This document shows, one piece after another, positions 35,291-49,344 of a stretch of DNA of 64,000 nt; position 1 is the stretch's first letter; every line of letters begins with the position of its first letter. Origin of the DNA: Lama glama (Eukaryota); assembly GCA_028534125.1 (NCBI GenBank), contig CM052817.1:38318001-38382000 (forward strand), in the 5' to 3' direction. The notes under the pieces were generated by a model that saw only the letters and a list, made by a program, of their open reading frames with translations, searched no databases and was not told where the DNA came from. The position numbers and the translations under genes were made by a program.

Positions 35291-38200
35291 AGTCCATGTT
35301 CTCTTCCAACTTCCCCAAACCTAATTTAGAAACAGTCGTTAACATCACAAAATTGGGGTTGGCTGTCATGGACACCAGTCATACTATGCTTTGTTTCTAG
35401 CTTCAAATGAAACACTTTAAACACTATTCCTCATTACCAATAATGACCCAACCAGTAATGAGTTCTTAAATGGTAATAGTCAAGTCCAGCACATCTAATT
35501 TCAAGATTTTGAAACAGATAAATGAAAGACTGAAATTCACTTGCTGAAGCTCCATAGAAAAAAACTGAAGCAAGGCAGCTACAACCACAAGGAAAGGCCA
35601 GATTTTATGAGGATCCTCTTGGAGAGGACACAATAGTTGCTGACAGACAATTCTGACATTTAATCGCCTGAAAATCAACTTGCTTTCTATATTCATGAGT
35701 GGCAGCAGATCAAGGATTAGGGCTTCAAGACCAGGTAGTAGTCTCCGTGTGAACTGGAAACAAGGAAAGTGGGCAGCAGGTGAGTCCAGACTCAATTAGG
35801 CAAACATCCAAGAGCAGAAGGTGGCAAAAAGTTCAAAGTCCATGCAAACAATTAGCACTCAGGAGAGCCTTACAAGTTGACTAAGCAGCTAGATGTGTGA
35901 TGTCAAAAGAGCCAAAAAAGGAAAGGGCTATGTGGCATCGTAGGGGGCAGAAACAAGCAGCAGAACAGACGCTCAGCCCCTGCCTGGGGAAGATGCTTTG
36001 ACACTGGGACAGTTGGCTCTCCCCCCTTCACTCTGAAATTCTCCACATAAGCCTAGAAACGGTTGTCTAGAGATGGAGTCCTTGAGGACACAAGACCATT
36101 GTGGCCGAGATATGTTCACATCAGGATGGAGACAGCAATCAAGCAGCATACAAGGGAAGAAGGTTTAGTAGGTACTGATCTTGGGAATAGCCAAGAAAGG
36201 GTTGTCACTAAAGGCCAAACCACCTGTCACAATATTCCAGCATTTTGGATCAAGGTGAACAACATTCCCCACTGAATAGCAGACAACAACTGATAACATC
36301 AAGCCTTTTCTTATTTTAAGCCTCCCCAGCAGGTCCCAGTCACAAAGGGAAAGAAGATCTCCAGTGGCCACGTGGCCAAAAGGCAGATGGGGAGTGAGAG
36401 GGAAAGAGACTAGCACAGCGGGCTGCACACGTGTTCCAGCCAAAGGAAGGTTCTGTGGTAAACGCTGCTCTAAGACGTGGAAGATTTTAGCTTGGATTAT
36501 GTCTGTTTCTTTTGCTGGTATCCTTCGAATTGGAAAATTTTACTTTCCTGCTGGAACCCCTGAAAGAAAGGAAAGAATTGTCTTTGGACTGTAATGTGTT
36601 CTTCATGACTTATAACCCCCTTGACATGTACTTTATCTGTAAATTATCTTCCCTCTCCTTCTATACCAGACAGCGCCACTGTGAGCAAAACACTCAGTGA
36701 GACGTTAGGTTTCAGTGCTGTTGTTTATTAACATTTTAGTTTACCTGCTATTTAATAACATCTTGAGAGTGAAGATCTAAGGATGCCCTACTTTGCTAAC
36801 TAAAGTGACTATGAGAAGGGATTTGTGTCGCAGGAGTGGGCTGGAGAAAGTAGGGGTGTGGACATGGAATAAAGTGGCAGGAGCAATACACAAGAAGACA
36901 GCGTCAACCAGGAAAACGTCAGGGTCTGACTGAACTGTAGTCCCCTCTGTCAGAGCTTCTCCTCCCAGGAGCTTTTCTCTGCTCCTGTGCTGGGGTGGAG
37001 CAGTTTGTGTTTTGTACAAAAGGGCCAGTCCATTCACACAAAGTTAACTTTTGTCTCAACAAGACTAACACAAGCTCCTTAAAGACAACAAGATGGACAT
37101 GTTTGTCCTGGAAGCCCGCACGTGCCCCACACAATGATAAGTCCACACAACTAGGAGTGCATAATTGGCTCCCTAATTTGTGTTAATTTGTGGGCTGACT
37201 GATGTCATCCATGAGTGTATTAGCGCCTGGGAATGGGAGAGATGGGTATATAATTCTTATGACGTTCTATGAAATAGACAGGACCTTAAAGTTAAGGCAT
37301 GCTGTAGTGGGCAGTGTGACCAAATAATGGCAACACAGAAATGTAGGTAAGAGTAAATCACTGAGTTAAGCTGGTGACCCTTAGGAGGGAAGAAACTGGG
37401 AAGGGAGGAACAGAGCTGATCACTTATTTTCTCCCAGGGAATTAAGAGGTTTCCATTTCTCCTAGGGAGGGAGGCCATTTGGAACAGCACAAGGTTCCAA
37501 GTTCAGGAGTGCTGGGGCAAGAAGTTAGATAGTGGGGAAGTGAGGTGTGGGTGAACCAACAGTACAGAATCACACAGGAGAGCCAGGACCGACTTGAGAT
37601 CACACTGGAGCAGGTCAGGTTGCTGGGAATTTGGCAAAGCCAGAGCACCAAGTGGAGCAATGAGAAGCAAGGACACTGCCAGAAGCCAACAGGGAGGAAA
37701 CAATGCCAGTAGTCCAGTGAAGTCATTATTTTTGTAAAATCTTAACTATGAATACAAAGTGGTTGGTGGCTTATATGTTGTGAAACAACAATCTAGACAT
37801 TTTCCTATTGTCTCAAGTGGTCAAAGTTTCCCAGAGACTTCCCAGGTTAGGCTTTGACAGGTCCCTAAGAACTTTTCTAGCTAATGATAGAAAAACATTT
37901 ATTTGCCTCCTAACCCCCAACCTCCCTTGTGTTTCTTCCCACTATGCCTCAGCCCTTACTTCTAAGAACAATGTTACTCTTGCAAGCCCAGCCTGATGGG
38001 GAAGTATGCATAGCACAGAATTCCTTCGGATTCCTTGTCAGAAACTAGAATCTGAGGCTCCTGAAAGTCCTAAGATCAATTTTTCCCTAAAATGATGTCC
38101 CTGAAATTCTGTTGTTAGTTTATTCCACAACTAGGGATCCAAATTGCCTGAAGGCTTTAAAGATCATTATTTGAAACACATTGTATTTCTTCAATATCTT

Positions 38201-40369
38201 TAAAATGTTTAATTAAAACGTTGGTTATCATGAAAAATATAGGACTTTAGTTTCATGTCTTACTACAGTTCAAGTCATATTTATTTACTTTCCCTTTTTT
38301 TCTTCTTGTTACATGTCAGTTTTCTGTTCAAGTCATTTTCCTTTATTTCAAGAAGCAGATACTACTCTCTCTCTCTTCCTCTCTGTCTCATCCTATTTGC
38401 ATTATTCTGAACAAGGAATGTTAATGAATAAGAGGAAAAAAAAACCTGCAGAGTATGTATTGAAACATTTAAAAATCTGGATAAAGGTCACTCTCATTCC
38501 AAATAAAATCTATGAGAAGACAAAAAATAGTACACAAAGTAGAAAGATAAGCGATCTTTGTTTATAATATATTTTTAAATAATCAGGCAGCAGATATTAT
38601 TTATAAGGAATTATAGTAAGAAAATACCACATGAACTCACTTTCTTCCACATCAGTCATACTGATGAGCATGTTAGGCTACAAGGGGCCGTGTCTAAAAG
38701 CAGGTTTTTAGTCTAGCTTTTCAGGGACTCAAAGACTGAAATTGATCACATTAAAAAAATTAGCACCACATTTCTAAGAATATTATTGACAAAACATACC
38801 AGAACGGATATATAAGATCTAATAAATTAAATGCTAAACAGATTTTTAAAAATCACACGAAACTAATCAAAAGGGGAATTCTAGGTAAGCCTGAATTTCA
38901 TAGACTTCGATGTCAGTTAACAACATAAACTTTGCTATTACAGAAGAAAGAATATTAAAAAACAATAATTCTTTTTTAGAAAAGCTAACATCAAAGCAAT
39001 TTGACACTCTAGTTTGAAATGATTGTTTTAGTATCTGGGTAAACAGAGGAGTGGAATATTTGAACACACTGACACAGAAATCTGAAGAAACAGAACTGTT
39101 TCTTAGAATCAGTTTTCTGTGAAGATTAAAATTCACGGAGCCAGGATGGCTCTGACTGAAACCGACTCAGGACTACGGCTGTTTGTTCTCACTCACCCCG
39201 CTAGTAAGAACAGAGAGTGAGACAGCACAGCTGTTACTCTGCACTTTGGGGATTGCTGGTATTGGCAGTCAGTCACGCCTGGATCCAGTGCAGTTCACAT
39301 CTTCCTCCTTTTGACTTGCTTTACAATCACTGTCTGGAATATATGTATATGGTGGGAAACCAGTATGTGAAAAAGATCACTGAAAGCATTTGCTCTGTTT
39401 GGAGAACCCTGACATTTAGAAAGAATAGTGCTTCATTACTCACAAAGAAAGATCTGGCCAGTGGCGCTCCTGCTCTGTCAGCCATTCTTTAATATTTGCA
39501 TTTACCTGCTCAGCAAAGGAAAAGCCTGGGAAGCCAGCATCCCTGACGAAATGTTTCTTTCATTTCCTAGATCAAGGGCATAAGACTTCTGAATACATCT
39601 CACACTATAGCTCTCGAATGAGTGTACCCTGGCCATACCTCTCTAAATGGAGCAGTTCATTGGTCAAGGAATATCTTAGAACATAAGAGGCAATCCAGGA
39701 TTATAAACTAAAATATTTTTGAAAGAATGGAATTTTAGTTTTCTCTCAGGCATGTAACTTAGAACACCAGCATTTTGGAGATTTATTCAAAATGCATGGA
39801 CAGGAGACCTTCTTCAACCAAGTGTTACTCATGCCTTCTCAGAGGCTTGGATGAGAGAAATGTCTTCTCCACTTGCTTGGAGATCTCAAGTTCATTACCC
39901 AGATTTCAAAAATTAACAGAAAAAGGGCTACTCCAGCATGAAAGCCTGTATTATGTTCCTGATCACTCACTGAGAGGCTTAGCAAATACTATTTAACATA
40001 CAATATTGACCTGAGTATTTCTCAATCTACAGGAGATTAGAAGTGGCAAGTTAAAAGGTGAGATCAAAGCAGAAGGAACGAGGAATAAGGGGATTCAGAA
40101 AAGTTATTTGAGGAAGATTAAAAAAAGAAGCAATAGCTCTAGGCCTTATTTCATTGCTGTAACTAAACAAGTAAAACTTACACTAAATATTATTACTGCA
40201 CCAGATTATAACTTGTTTGTGATGTAACAGAAACTATTAAAAATTACAGGATTTTCCTCTAAGTCAGAAAGCTGTCTTTATGATGGATAAAATGGGAAAG
40301 GAGCGGGAGAGGAAAAAGTCCTAAGTATTTGGAAGATGATCTGATGTTAAGCATCTGAATACTGAATAT

Positions 40370-40500
40370 TTTTCTCTGTGATGGCTTGCTTGCTATGTGT
40401 GAGCCTGGACAAGTAACTTCTCTACACCTTGGTCTTCTCACCCTAAAATTAGGGTGTTAGAATACTCAGGTTCCTTTTAGTTCCAAAACTTTTCAGTGGC
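40370..40500 (+). mobile_element. MIR3-like SINE
   Basis: gctatgtgtgagcctggacaagtaacttctct...ccttggtcttctcaccctaaaattaggg...ggttccttttagttccaaa. Confidence 0.55.
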
Positions 40501-43429
40501 ATGATTTTCCTTCTGATAGCCAATTTCATCATCAAATTGCTTCTTAACACACTGCGACTTTGAGTAGAACAGATCAGACACAGTCTAGAACAAAAACCCA
40601 CCTGAGCCCTGATCTAATGTCGTTGCCTTCTGGAAGAATCCTGACTAATTGTTTCAACTGAAGTCTCCTGTCATTAGTTCTTTATCTGCTGTGAAATATA
40701 TGTAAACAGCCTAAAAACAGCTCAAAAGAGATATGTAATGGTATCAAGGAAAGGGAAGATAAAAAAGGTGGCTTGTATATATAAGCCTGAAACACATTGA
40801 AAGGGTGCACTAGCAGAAAGCAAAAGCCGTTTAAAGGGTGAACAAGAGAGATAAAGACGTGTGTCTGAGAATTCTGTGGTACAATCATAGTGGTAAGTTA
40901 CTCCTTAGAATCCTACTGGTTCTCTGTTCTCAGGGGGAGGGAGAATGGCTTTATTTTTCTGATAAATAAAGTTGGCATGGTTATTTATGTAGTTCTTAGC
41001 AAAAACAAAGTTCTGTGGCCAAACCAGCTGCCCTGTGTGTTACTATGACCTGAAAATATTACCAAAGATTCTTCTTGAGACTGAGGGTTTGCCCCCATCT
41101 AGAAGGCTAGGGCTTAAAACCTTAGAACAGCGAGGGGGAAACATGTCCAAGAAAAATGCCAGTAGAGAAATGAAAAACAAAATCAGTAAATTGAGATCGA
41201 TTCAGTGAAATAAGAATAACTTTACAAATGGGAATGATGTAGGCTGGATCTGAATGACAAGCACATATTTTCTCTCAAAAGTCAGTGAAGGGTTGGAGCT
41301 TGTGTAATAAAGAGAACTTTACTTGACAAGGAAAACTGAAGCAAAGCCAAGGAATTATAAAACAGATCCAAATGATCAGGTTCTGTAGGCAGGCAAGAAA
41401 GCAGGAGGGAAGTTACACAATGGAGGGGCCCAGAAACCCAATGCAGCATTGCAGAATTGATGTAGGTATCAAGAATTAACAAAGATATCTTGGAGAGGTG
41501 AATCTGAAGACAGAAGGGCTATGAGAAGAAACTGTGATCTGAGAATCTAAAATGATTTATCAGAGATGGAAGAGAAGAGTTGATACAGGAAAATTTGAGT
41601 CAAGACACTTGATTGAGAAAGTGTACTTTAAAAAATATTAAGATGGGTCTCTTGCTTGAGAAGCCAAGTATGAAGAGATGTTATTAAAAGAAGTCAGGCT
41701 CCAAAGAGGAAGTGGAAAGGGGGAGAAAAGCCCTCTGTCTGACTGTAATCCTGAGTGTCTGTTATGATCGCCTGAATGACAAAACGGTGGTCTGGAAGAC
41801 ATTACGGTTTTACCACTCTGTTCCCAATTCCTTCTGAAAACAATTTTCTGTCTATACAGCTATTAACCTATCTCCTTTCTTTAGGAACAGGAATGAGACA
41901 GAGTACAGCTGCACAAGGTATTAGGTCCCTCCAGGAACGTGCGGGAGAGGAAGGGTGGGACCTCTCCTCTGATAGATGATGGTCAGCGCATCACAAGATC
42001 AGCACACCTGGAGGTGGGTGATTTTCTCTGAAACCAGGATACCCACCCCTGTGATGTTTACGGCCAAAATCTGTTCCTACTAAGATCAAGGAAACCCTGA
42101 CGATTGACTGCCATAGCACCATGGTTGTTACATGTCCCTTTTTTGGATGCTGACGGTCACAGCCCCTAGTCTGCGGCAGCCCAGAATTTTACTCAATGGA
42201 ATGGATGTGTCACCATAAGAAACACTAATCTAATGATAGTACACAGTCAAGCTCCAGGCTATGCCAGTTTTTATCATGATGGATGATGAAATAAAAACAA
42301 CCACCTAGAGAAATGGTGATATATTTGAGAAGGGGAAAAATTGCGACCCGGAGTGATCTTCACTGCGGGAATAAACATTTCAGGCACGATAAAATTTTAA
42401 TATGATAATGCTGACAGATTAAAAAAAGGTTAGAGAACTCAAGATAATTAAGTTATAAGAATGTTATCTGATCCATATTTCAGAATTCCCAGGCCCTTTA
42501 CTCAGCTTTCTGCAGCCAACATCGAAAGGGCAGTCGTTCAACTATCTGTCAGGACTCATCCTGAAAAGACACTGGGAAAAATGAAAACATGACCAGAGGA
42601 TTGTGTGTAAAGTTTTTTTTTTTTTATGTGGATTAGTGAGGGAAAGCGGTTGCTGATTTAGCATTCTCTGGGATTCTAATAATATCCCCTCGATCCTGGA
42701 GACCACATTAGCTGGTTTTGGAACTTACTGAACAGAAAGCAAATTTTCTTTTCTAAAATAGACCTAACCAGCAGGCCCGTAGGTTCATCGATCCATGAAC
42801 ACTGTCACTCCAGGGAGCCTCCTTAGATCCTCATTAAATTTCTATCTGTGACTCCCCGTTGTCCTCTAAAGGCAGCTCAGACCATCCCTCCTTGAACCTT
42901 GGTCAGTTGGACACTCCAACTTACTTGTCCAAAGTATAGTAAACACACCTCAAAATCAACTCTTTCCTGTGAACCTTCCCATTGTTTTTTTATCCAAACT
43001 GGGGTGTTGCACTGTGTTCCCCTAGGTTTTTTTTTTTTTCCCAGAGGAATCCTCAGTCCCTCAGGCAAATAGATACAAGAGATAGCCCTTACTAGTCTCC
43101 TGGACATGCTGAGACACAATCTAAATTCCAGGAAAACAACTCAGTGTAGTCTCCAGCCAGAGCTTCTGCTGCACTTGCATTTCAGTAACTTGTGTATTAA
43201 TTACACAGCATCAAGTGCGTTACAACTTGAAGCCTTGGCCTCAGGAAAAGTAGGCTACAGTCCAGCTTTGGTTGGGCTATACCTCCCAGTGACTGTAATT
43301 ATCATGCAAAGAATTTAAAAGTTAATTTTAATTTAATTGACTTTTAAAATAAATATGTGTTAGACAGCAATTAAAGAGAAAACATAGCTCACTTTAAAAT
43401 AAAGTCTTCTTTTTCTCTCAGTGACCTGA

Positions 43430-43600
43430 CACTTATTTAGTGTATCCAATAGCCCAGGCAATAGGTTGAGCGTTTACAAGATTTTGTCATATAAACCCTC
43501 ACAACAAACCCTATGAGACAAGTACCATGATTATCCCCATTTTATAGATAAGCAAACTGAGGCTCAATATGATTAAGCAACAAGGTCACAGTTGTTCATT
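43430..43600 (-). mobile_element. MIR SINE
   Basis: ccctcacaacaaaccctatgaga...attatccccattttatagataagcaaactgaggctc...aaggtcacag. Confidence 0.78.
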
Positions 43601-43934
43601 GCAGGAAATTTAGGAACTCTCACAGGGAAAATGGAATTCACCCCAAATTCTATCTCCCAAACTCAACCTCTGGGAACAATTTGATATATTAATATATCTA
43701 AAAAACAAATCTATAGGAGCAACTTGTTATATTATCTGTCTCTTCCTCAACAACATATTTGAACGGCTCACATCATTTTTACTTACTGGTACCGCATTCT
43801 ACAGCTATACTATAAAGTATTTATAGTTTCCTGTTGTTGGACATTTAGGATGCTCATAGAATTTTAAAAGCACAGAAGCAGAGGGTCTGTGTTTAATTTT
43901 AGATGTACCAAAACCTGTGGTATACTTGAAAATA

Positions 43935-44110
43935 TGTGGCTTTGACAGAAGGGTTCCCTATAAACCTTGATGTGATATCTTGGTCAAGTCATTTAACCAC
44001 TTGACATCTGTTTCCTCGTCTGTAAAAGGAGATTATTGCTTACTCTTCTCAGTTATTGAAAAGATTACAGATAACCGCTGACCGAGTGTCTGATGAAGAC
44101 TGTGTTCACC
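43935..44110 (+). mobile_element. MIR SINE
   Basis: tcttggtcaagtcatttaacc...tctgtttcctcgtctgtaaaaggaga. Confidence 0.55.
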
Positions 44111-44624
44111 ACTCCGTCCTCATCACTAACACTAAGTGTGTTTCCGCTGACTTTACCTCTCCAGGCCTACAAGAGGGTTTTCTTAACTGATCTCTAAGGG
44201 CTAATTACTTGATTATCGGGGAAGTAAGGCTCTGTGATTTTAAGTTTCTGTTCAGAGACTTTAGAAATCAGTCTGATGATGTTCAGGTAAAACTTAGAAA
44301 GATTCATCGACAGCTCACAGGCAGACTCAGGTCTTCTAACCCCTTTCTAGTGGTGCCCCCACTGACACTTTTCCCTTCGAGGTGTGTGTAGCAACAGTCA
44401 GTGGTGCACTGTTGACCACTTCTGCGAGTGGCCTGTTGATATACTGGTGTCAGCACCTGCAGCACTGTGATGTGTTGCCATATACGTCCCAGGTCACGGG
44501 GTTCTTACAATAGTTAAAGGGGCAACATTTTCAAAGGAATCACGAACAGTAGGTAATACAGTTGATTCAAGAGTATCCATCTTGTGATGATTTCCAATCT
44601 TCTTCTGTTCCATTGTGATGTGCT

Positions 44625-44690
44625 GCAAACTGACTATACTTCAATAAAAATATGTATATACAGAAAAAAGAAAAAGAAAAAGAAAAGAAA
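44625..44690 (+). mobile_element. Extremely 5'-truncated L1 terminus with (GAAAAA)n tail
   Basis: aactgactatacttcaataaaaa matches the terminal motif of the young L1 at 51263-51452; no clear TSD. Confidence 0.55.
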
Positions 44691-46439
44691 GAGATGAAGT
44701 TAAACTGAGTGCTGAAGTTACAGCTGCTCTGCCAGGACTCTGCTTCGCCTGGACTCCCACCTGTGGGATTTAAGTGTTAAATCCATGACTCACATGGGTC
44801 GGTGGGGGGGGGAGAAGGTAGAGAACTGGGAGGTGAGAGAGTACTGGACTGTGGCAAACCTTGAGTTTAATAGCAAACAGCTTGATTCTGTTTCATGAGC
44901 AGAGACCTGGACTATCCAGGCACTTCTGGCTCCCTCAGGAGAGCAAGCAGCGTGGTGACTGCGGAGGTTACAGACAGACCAGTGCGCATCTATTACCCAC
45001 GAGAGAGAGAGTCCAAGGAGCCTATGGCTCATCACAGGGCTTGCTTCCCAGATAAAGGCCAGCACATTTACAGCAGTATCTTGGAACTCAAAATATCTTT
45101 AGCTGGTTGTCATTTTACTTATTTTTAATAAAAACTTGTTAACATTTTGAATGGAAAATACTGCAGACTTCAAATGGTTGATTAGGCCCATAGGCGAAGA
45201 TCATGGTTTTCAGACAGCTGCAAGGTGACAGAAATGAGGAAGTGAATACATGGCCGTTTATTTTTGCAAATTAGTGATCTTTCTGGACCTGAGGATTGAG
45301 GATAAAAAATGATCAAAAACCAGTATTCCCAGGCTACAAACAAGCCACTTTTATTGGTAAAAGGGACTTGTTGATGACAGGAAAAGGGTGGATTTTCTGA
45401 AGCCTTCTTAGAGTAGACAGCAATCTGGAGTTTATAAGGATGGCAGTGTGCAGTGTAGGAAAGTGAAAAAAAAAAAAAAACCCGACTCACACCTGCAGTT
45501 TGTTTCCTGTAACCCCGGAAGAAAGGTCTAGCACAGTTTAATGAAATCATGTTCCATGCCAGAAGAATGTGTTTGCAAAGTTGATGAAAATCTGATGGGC
45601 ATTTTGCCTGAAAGACTGTAAGGAAATGAACAAATGTTTCCACTGTGATTATCAAATCAACAAAGCTTTAACTGTGGTTCACAGAGGAGGAATCTACAGA
45701 ATATTGACACAATTGGTAATTTGTAAGGTATTGCATTAAATCAATCATCCTCCAGGATAAATACCTCAAAATAACACTAGACTTTCAATTTTAAAAATAA
45801 GTTATCATAGAAGAGAAATACTGTCTTATACAGCACCAGTGCCATTTTTATGTGGGCTTCTGTGTTTTGTTAAGTCTAAATCTAATCCCTCCCTACTTTT
45901 TGGGTTCTGTTTTGCCAGTAAGTCTGGGGAAAATTGTGAGCAGACTAAGTTCTGCTAATAGATTTTCCCTGTCATCATTTTATTCCCTAGTGCCATTTAT
46001 TTATTAATATGTTTAGCACAGATTTCCTGAATAACCTTTATGTTGCACTGGGAATACTCAGAGATGCTAAGATTTGGTACATGTCCTCAAAGAGTTTACT
46101 CTTATCTCCCTTGAAATTACTCTCTTCCTTCAAATATCCTTCTTAGATTCATTTTGCTCTCAGACCATCACACATTTCTCACTGAAGTATCCCTTGAATT
46201 ATGTAAGATGTATGTGAGTGATGACAGCCCGTCACTGTGACTGAAGCATAGTAGGTGCTCAGTAAACATGTCTCTTCTTCCTAGGCAGTAAGGTATCAGC
46301 CTAAGGTGTGACCAATACAAAGGATATTTTTATCTTACTAAAGTCTTTTAAATACCCAAGAGGCTGAAAACAGTAACATGAGACGGCAAATGGGAAGGAA
46401 AATATTTAGAACAAGGGATTAAATACTCTGGATGTCCTT

Positions 46440-46803
46440 TCCAGGCTCATTTACTAGCCAACGTACACATTCCAGCTGTAGTGAGTCTGACTGCTTTGGC
46501 TCACAACTGCCTGTCTTCCCCAGAGAATTGTCTTTATTCAAAATCTGACTGTGGCTGGCGTATAAAAGGCTGTCTGTCCCCTCACCCAACATGGGACAAA
46601 CTCTGTGGTGCCACTGATGCTCCTGAGCTCCCTACGGATCAGACTGAGGCTAGAGTTCTCCTGAGAGCACATCATCGCTGAGCTTCCTGTACCACCCAGG
46701 CTGACTTCCCTCGCTCCCTGCCTGCCGTGAGCACGCCCTCACTAACTCGTGAGCACCCTAGCCCCAGCTCAGACTCTGCTGCTGGGGAACATGGCCCGAG
46801 GCC
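46440..46803 (+). mobile_element. LTR16-like ERVL solo LTR
   Basis: gggacaaactctgtggtgcca...ctccctacggatcagactgaggctagag...ctcagactctgctgctggggaac resembles recalled LTR16; TATAAAA at 46561. Confidence 0.65.
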
Positions 46804-47392
46804 ATCCCTCAAGTGAGCCTGTGTAGCCAGTAACCTGCAGGGTATGTTCTTCTTGCTGTAATATCAACAACAACAACAACAACAAAATAACAGTGTGTGA
46901 GTCTTGAGCAAGGTTATCCAATTGCTTAAGAAATCCAAGACATTTATTATAAAACTACTCTCATGGTGAACCAAAATGTCAACCTCATGATAATGTTAAA
47001 GCAGTTTCTGATTTTTAAATACCCTAATAAACAATAAAAAGACTCTTTCTTTTATTAGCAATATTATAAAATTATTTTCATCATTTAATTCTATGAGAAA
47101 TCATGATTAAGCCAGGGATTTAAAAACAAGTGAAGAAATAAAACAGTAATAATAATAAGATTTTGCTCCTTGGATAATTTGAAATGGCTTTCCTCATTTT
47201 ATACCCTGACACTGAAACACAGGCAATGCTTACCAAGGGTTACGGGAGTCTTCTGTCATGTTGTCTCATCATCATTCATTTTATAGTGTTTTATGTTTAA
47301 GTACATTATTTCCATTGATTTTCATAATAACCCCAGGATGTAAAAGAATTAGATACTTTTCTTTCTAATCACTTGAGAGTACTGAAACCCAA

Positions 47393-47516
47393 ATAATCTA
47401 TCAACTCTGATAGCCCATTAGAATCACCAAGGGGAGCTTTTAAAAAATATGGAGGTCTACAAGACATGGAAGTAACCTAAATTCCATCAACAGATGAATG
47501 GATAAAGAAAATGTGG

Positions 47517-47562
<46 letters not shown>

Positions 47563-48130
47563 TACACAACAGAATATTAGTCAGCCATAAAAAAGAATGA
47601 AATATGGCCATTTGCAGCAGCATGGATGCACCTAGAGATTATCATACTAAATAAAGTAAGTCAGACAGAGAAAGACAAGTATTATATGATATCATTTATA
47701 CATGGAATCTAAAGAAAAAAATACAAATCAACTTATTTACAAAACAGAAACAGACTCACAGACATAGAAAACAAACAAGGTTACCAAAGGGGAAAGGGGA
47801 AGGAGAGGGGTAAATTAGGAATATGAGGTTAACAGATACACACCACTATGTATAAAACCGATGGGCTTCTGTATAGAGCAGGGAATTCTGTTCAATATCT
47901 TATAATAATCTATATGGAGAAGAACTTGAAGCTATACACCTGAAACTAACCCAATATTATAAATCAACTATAGTTAAATAATAAAAAGACTTAAAAAATA
48001 TGGAGACCTACATTCAATGCTAAACTATTTAAACCCAAACCTGGGGTAATGATACTTTATGGGGACCTCAGTAATCATATTTTAAAGCTTTTGGATGTTT
48101 CTAACAGGTCACCTAGTTGAGAAACAACAG
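47393..48130. mobile_element. MER5-like hAT MITE split by L1 (pieces ~47393-47454 and ~47991-48130)
   Basis: tcaactctga...cattagaatcaccaaggggagcttttaaaaaata ... tttaaagct...tgtttctaac...agttgagaaacaacag. Confidence 0.55.
47455..47990 (+). mobile_element. 5'-truncated Cetartiodactyl-type L1 with TSD; internal (TA)11(CA)12
   Basis: aagacatggaagtaacctaaat...acagatgaatggataaagaaaatgtgg...aaaacagaaacagactcacagacatagaaaacaaac; exact repeat ttaaaaaatatggag at 47440-47454 and 47991-48005 at a TT/AAAA endonuclease site. Confidence 0.92.
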
Positions 48131-48805
48131 GTTAAGTAATGTGGGCATCTCTCTCCAGCACACAGCTGGGAGTTCTAGAGTCACATCTGAACTCAGGTTT
48201 CCTCAGCCCCATAGGACTTCCTTCCAATGGTCCCACTTCACTGGATGTTCTAAATTTTAACTGGAATTAAAGAATGTGAGCTAAGACTGTTTGCATTCTA
48301 GAGGGAGGGAAAAGACATGAAAAAAATATCAAAACAGTTTTGACTTTGAATAGATCTTCACAAAGCCGTTTTCGATAGGTAAAACATCTAGAAATCTGTA
48401 AATGAAATTTCCTTTCCAAACATAATGACAGAAACTGCTCAGCAAAGCACGAAAGTTTGGCTGTTCCCCGAAGTGTTCATAAAACACAGCAGTCGAGTTT
48501 CTTTTGCCTACAATATGTCCCCATCAACACAACCCACGAAGATAGCACTAAATTCTCAGAAGACAACAGGACAATAGAGAAGAATGTCCACTAATTGATA
48601 AAGAACTATCTCACTGGTGTCATCAGTTAGACATCTGACCACTTTTCCTATGAAATAACATTGAATTTATATTAATATCAAGCTTAGTCTATAGTGACTT
48701 TTTATTGACTGCTTAGAAGTCAATGGTGAGAAATCCAGTGTGTAAAACTAGGATTTTAAAACTGTTCGTGGAGTTGATGTGTCCTACTAGGCACAGTGAA
48801 TGTGC

Positions 48806-49305
48806 NNNNNNNNNNNNNNNNNNNNNNNNNNNNNNNNNNNNNNNNNNNNNNNNNNNNNNNNNNNNNNNNNNNNNNNNNNNNNNNNNNNNNNNNNNNNNNN
48901 NNNNNNNNNNNNNNNNNNNNNNNNNNNNNNNNNNNNNNNNNNNNNNNNNNNNNNNNNNNNNNNNNNNNNNNNNNNNNNNNNNNNNNNNNNNNNNNNNNNN
49001 NNNNNNNNNNNNNNNNNNNNNNNNNNNNNNNNNNNNNNNNNNNNNNNNNNNNNNNNNNNNNNNNNNNNNNNNNNNNNNNNNNNNNNNNNNNNNNNNNNNN
49101 NNNNNNNNNNNNNNNNNNNNNNNNNNNNNNNNNNNNNNNNNNNNNNNNNNNNNNNNNNNNNNNNNNNNNNNNNNNNNNNNNNNNNNNNNNNNNNNNNNNN
49201 NNNNNNNNNNNNNNNNNNNNNNNNNNNNNNNNNNNNNNNNNNNNNNNNNNNNNNNNNNNNNNNNNNNNNNNNNNNNNNNNNNNNNNNNNNNNNNNNNNNN
49301 NNNNN
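48806..49305. other. Assembly gap (500 N)
   Basis: Run of exactly 500 N. Confidence 1.
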
Positions 49306-49344
49306 AATAGCTCTTGATTTATTCCCACTGCTACTACCGTATTT

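Larger units (their letters stand above)
47230..48235 (-). mobile_element. MIR SINE split by nested MER5 and L1 (pieces ~47230-47392 and ~48130-48235)
   Basis: ...cataataacccc...actgaaacccaaa | ggttaagtaat...cacacagct...ctgaactcagg joins into a continuous reverse-complement MIR. Confidence 0.55.
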
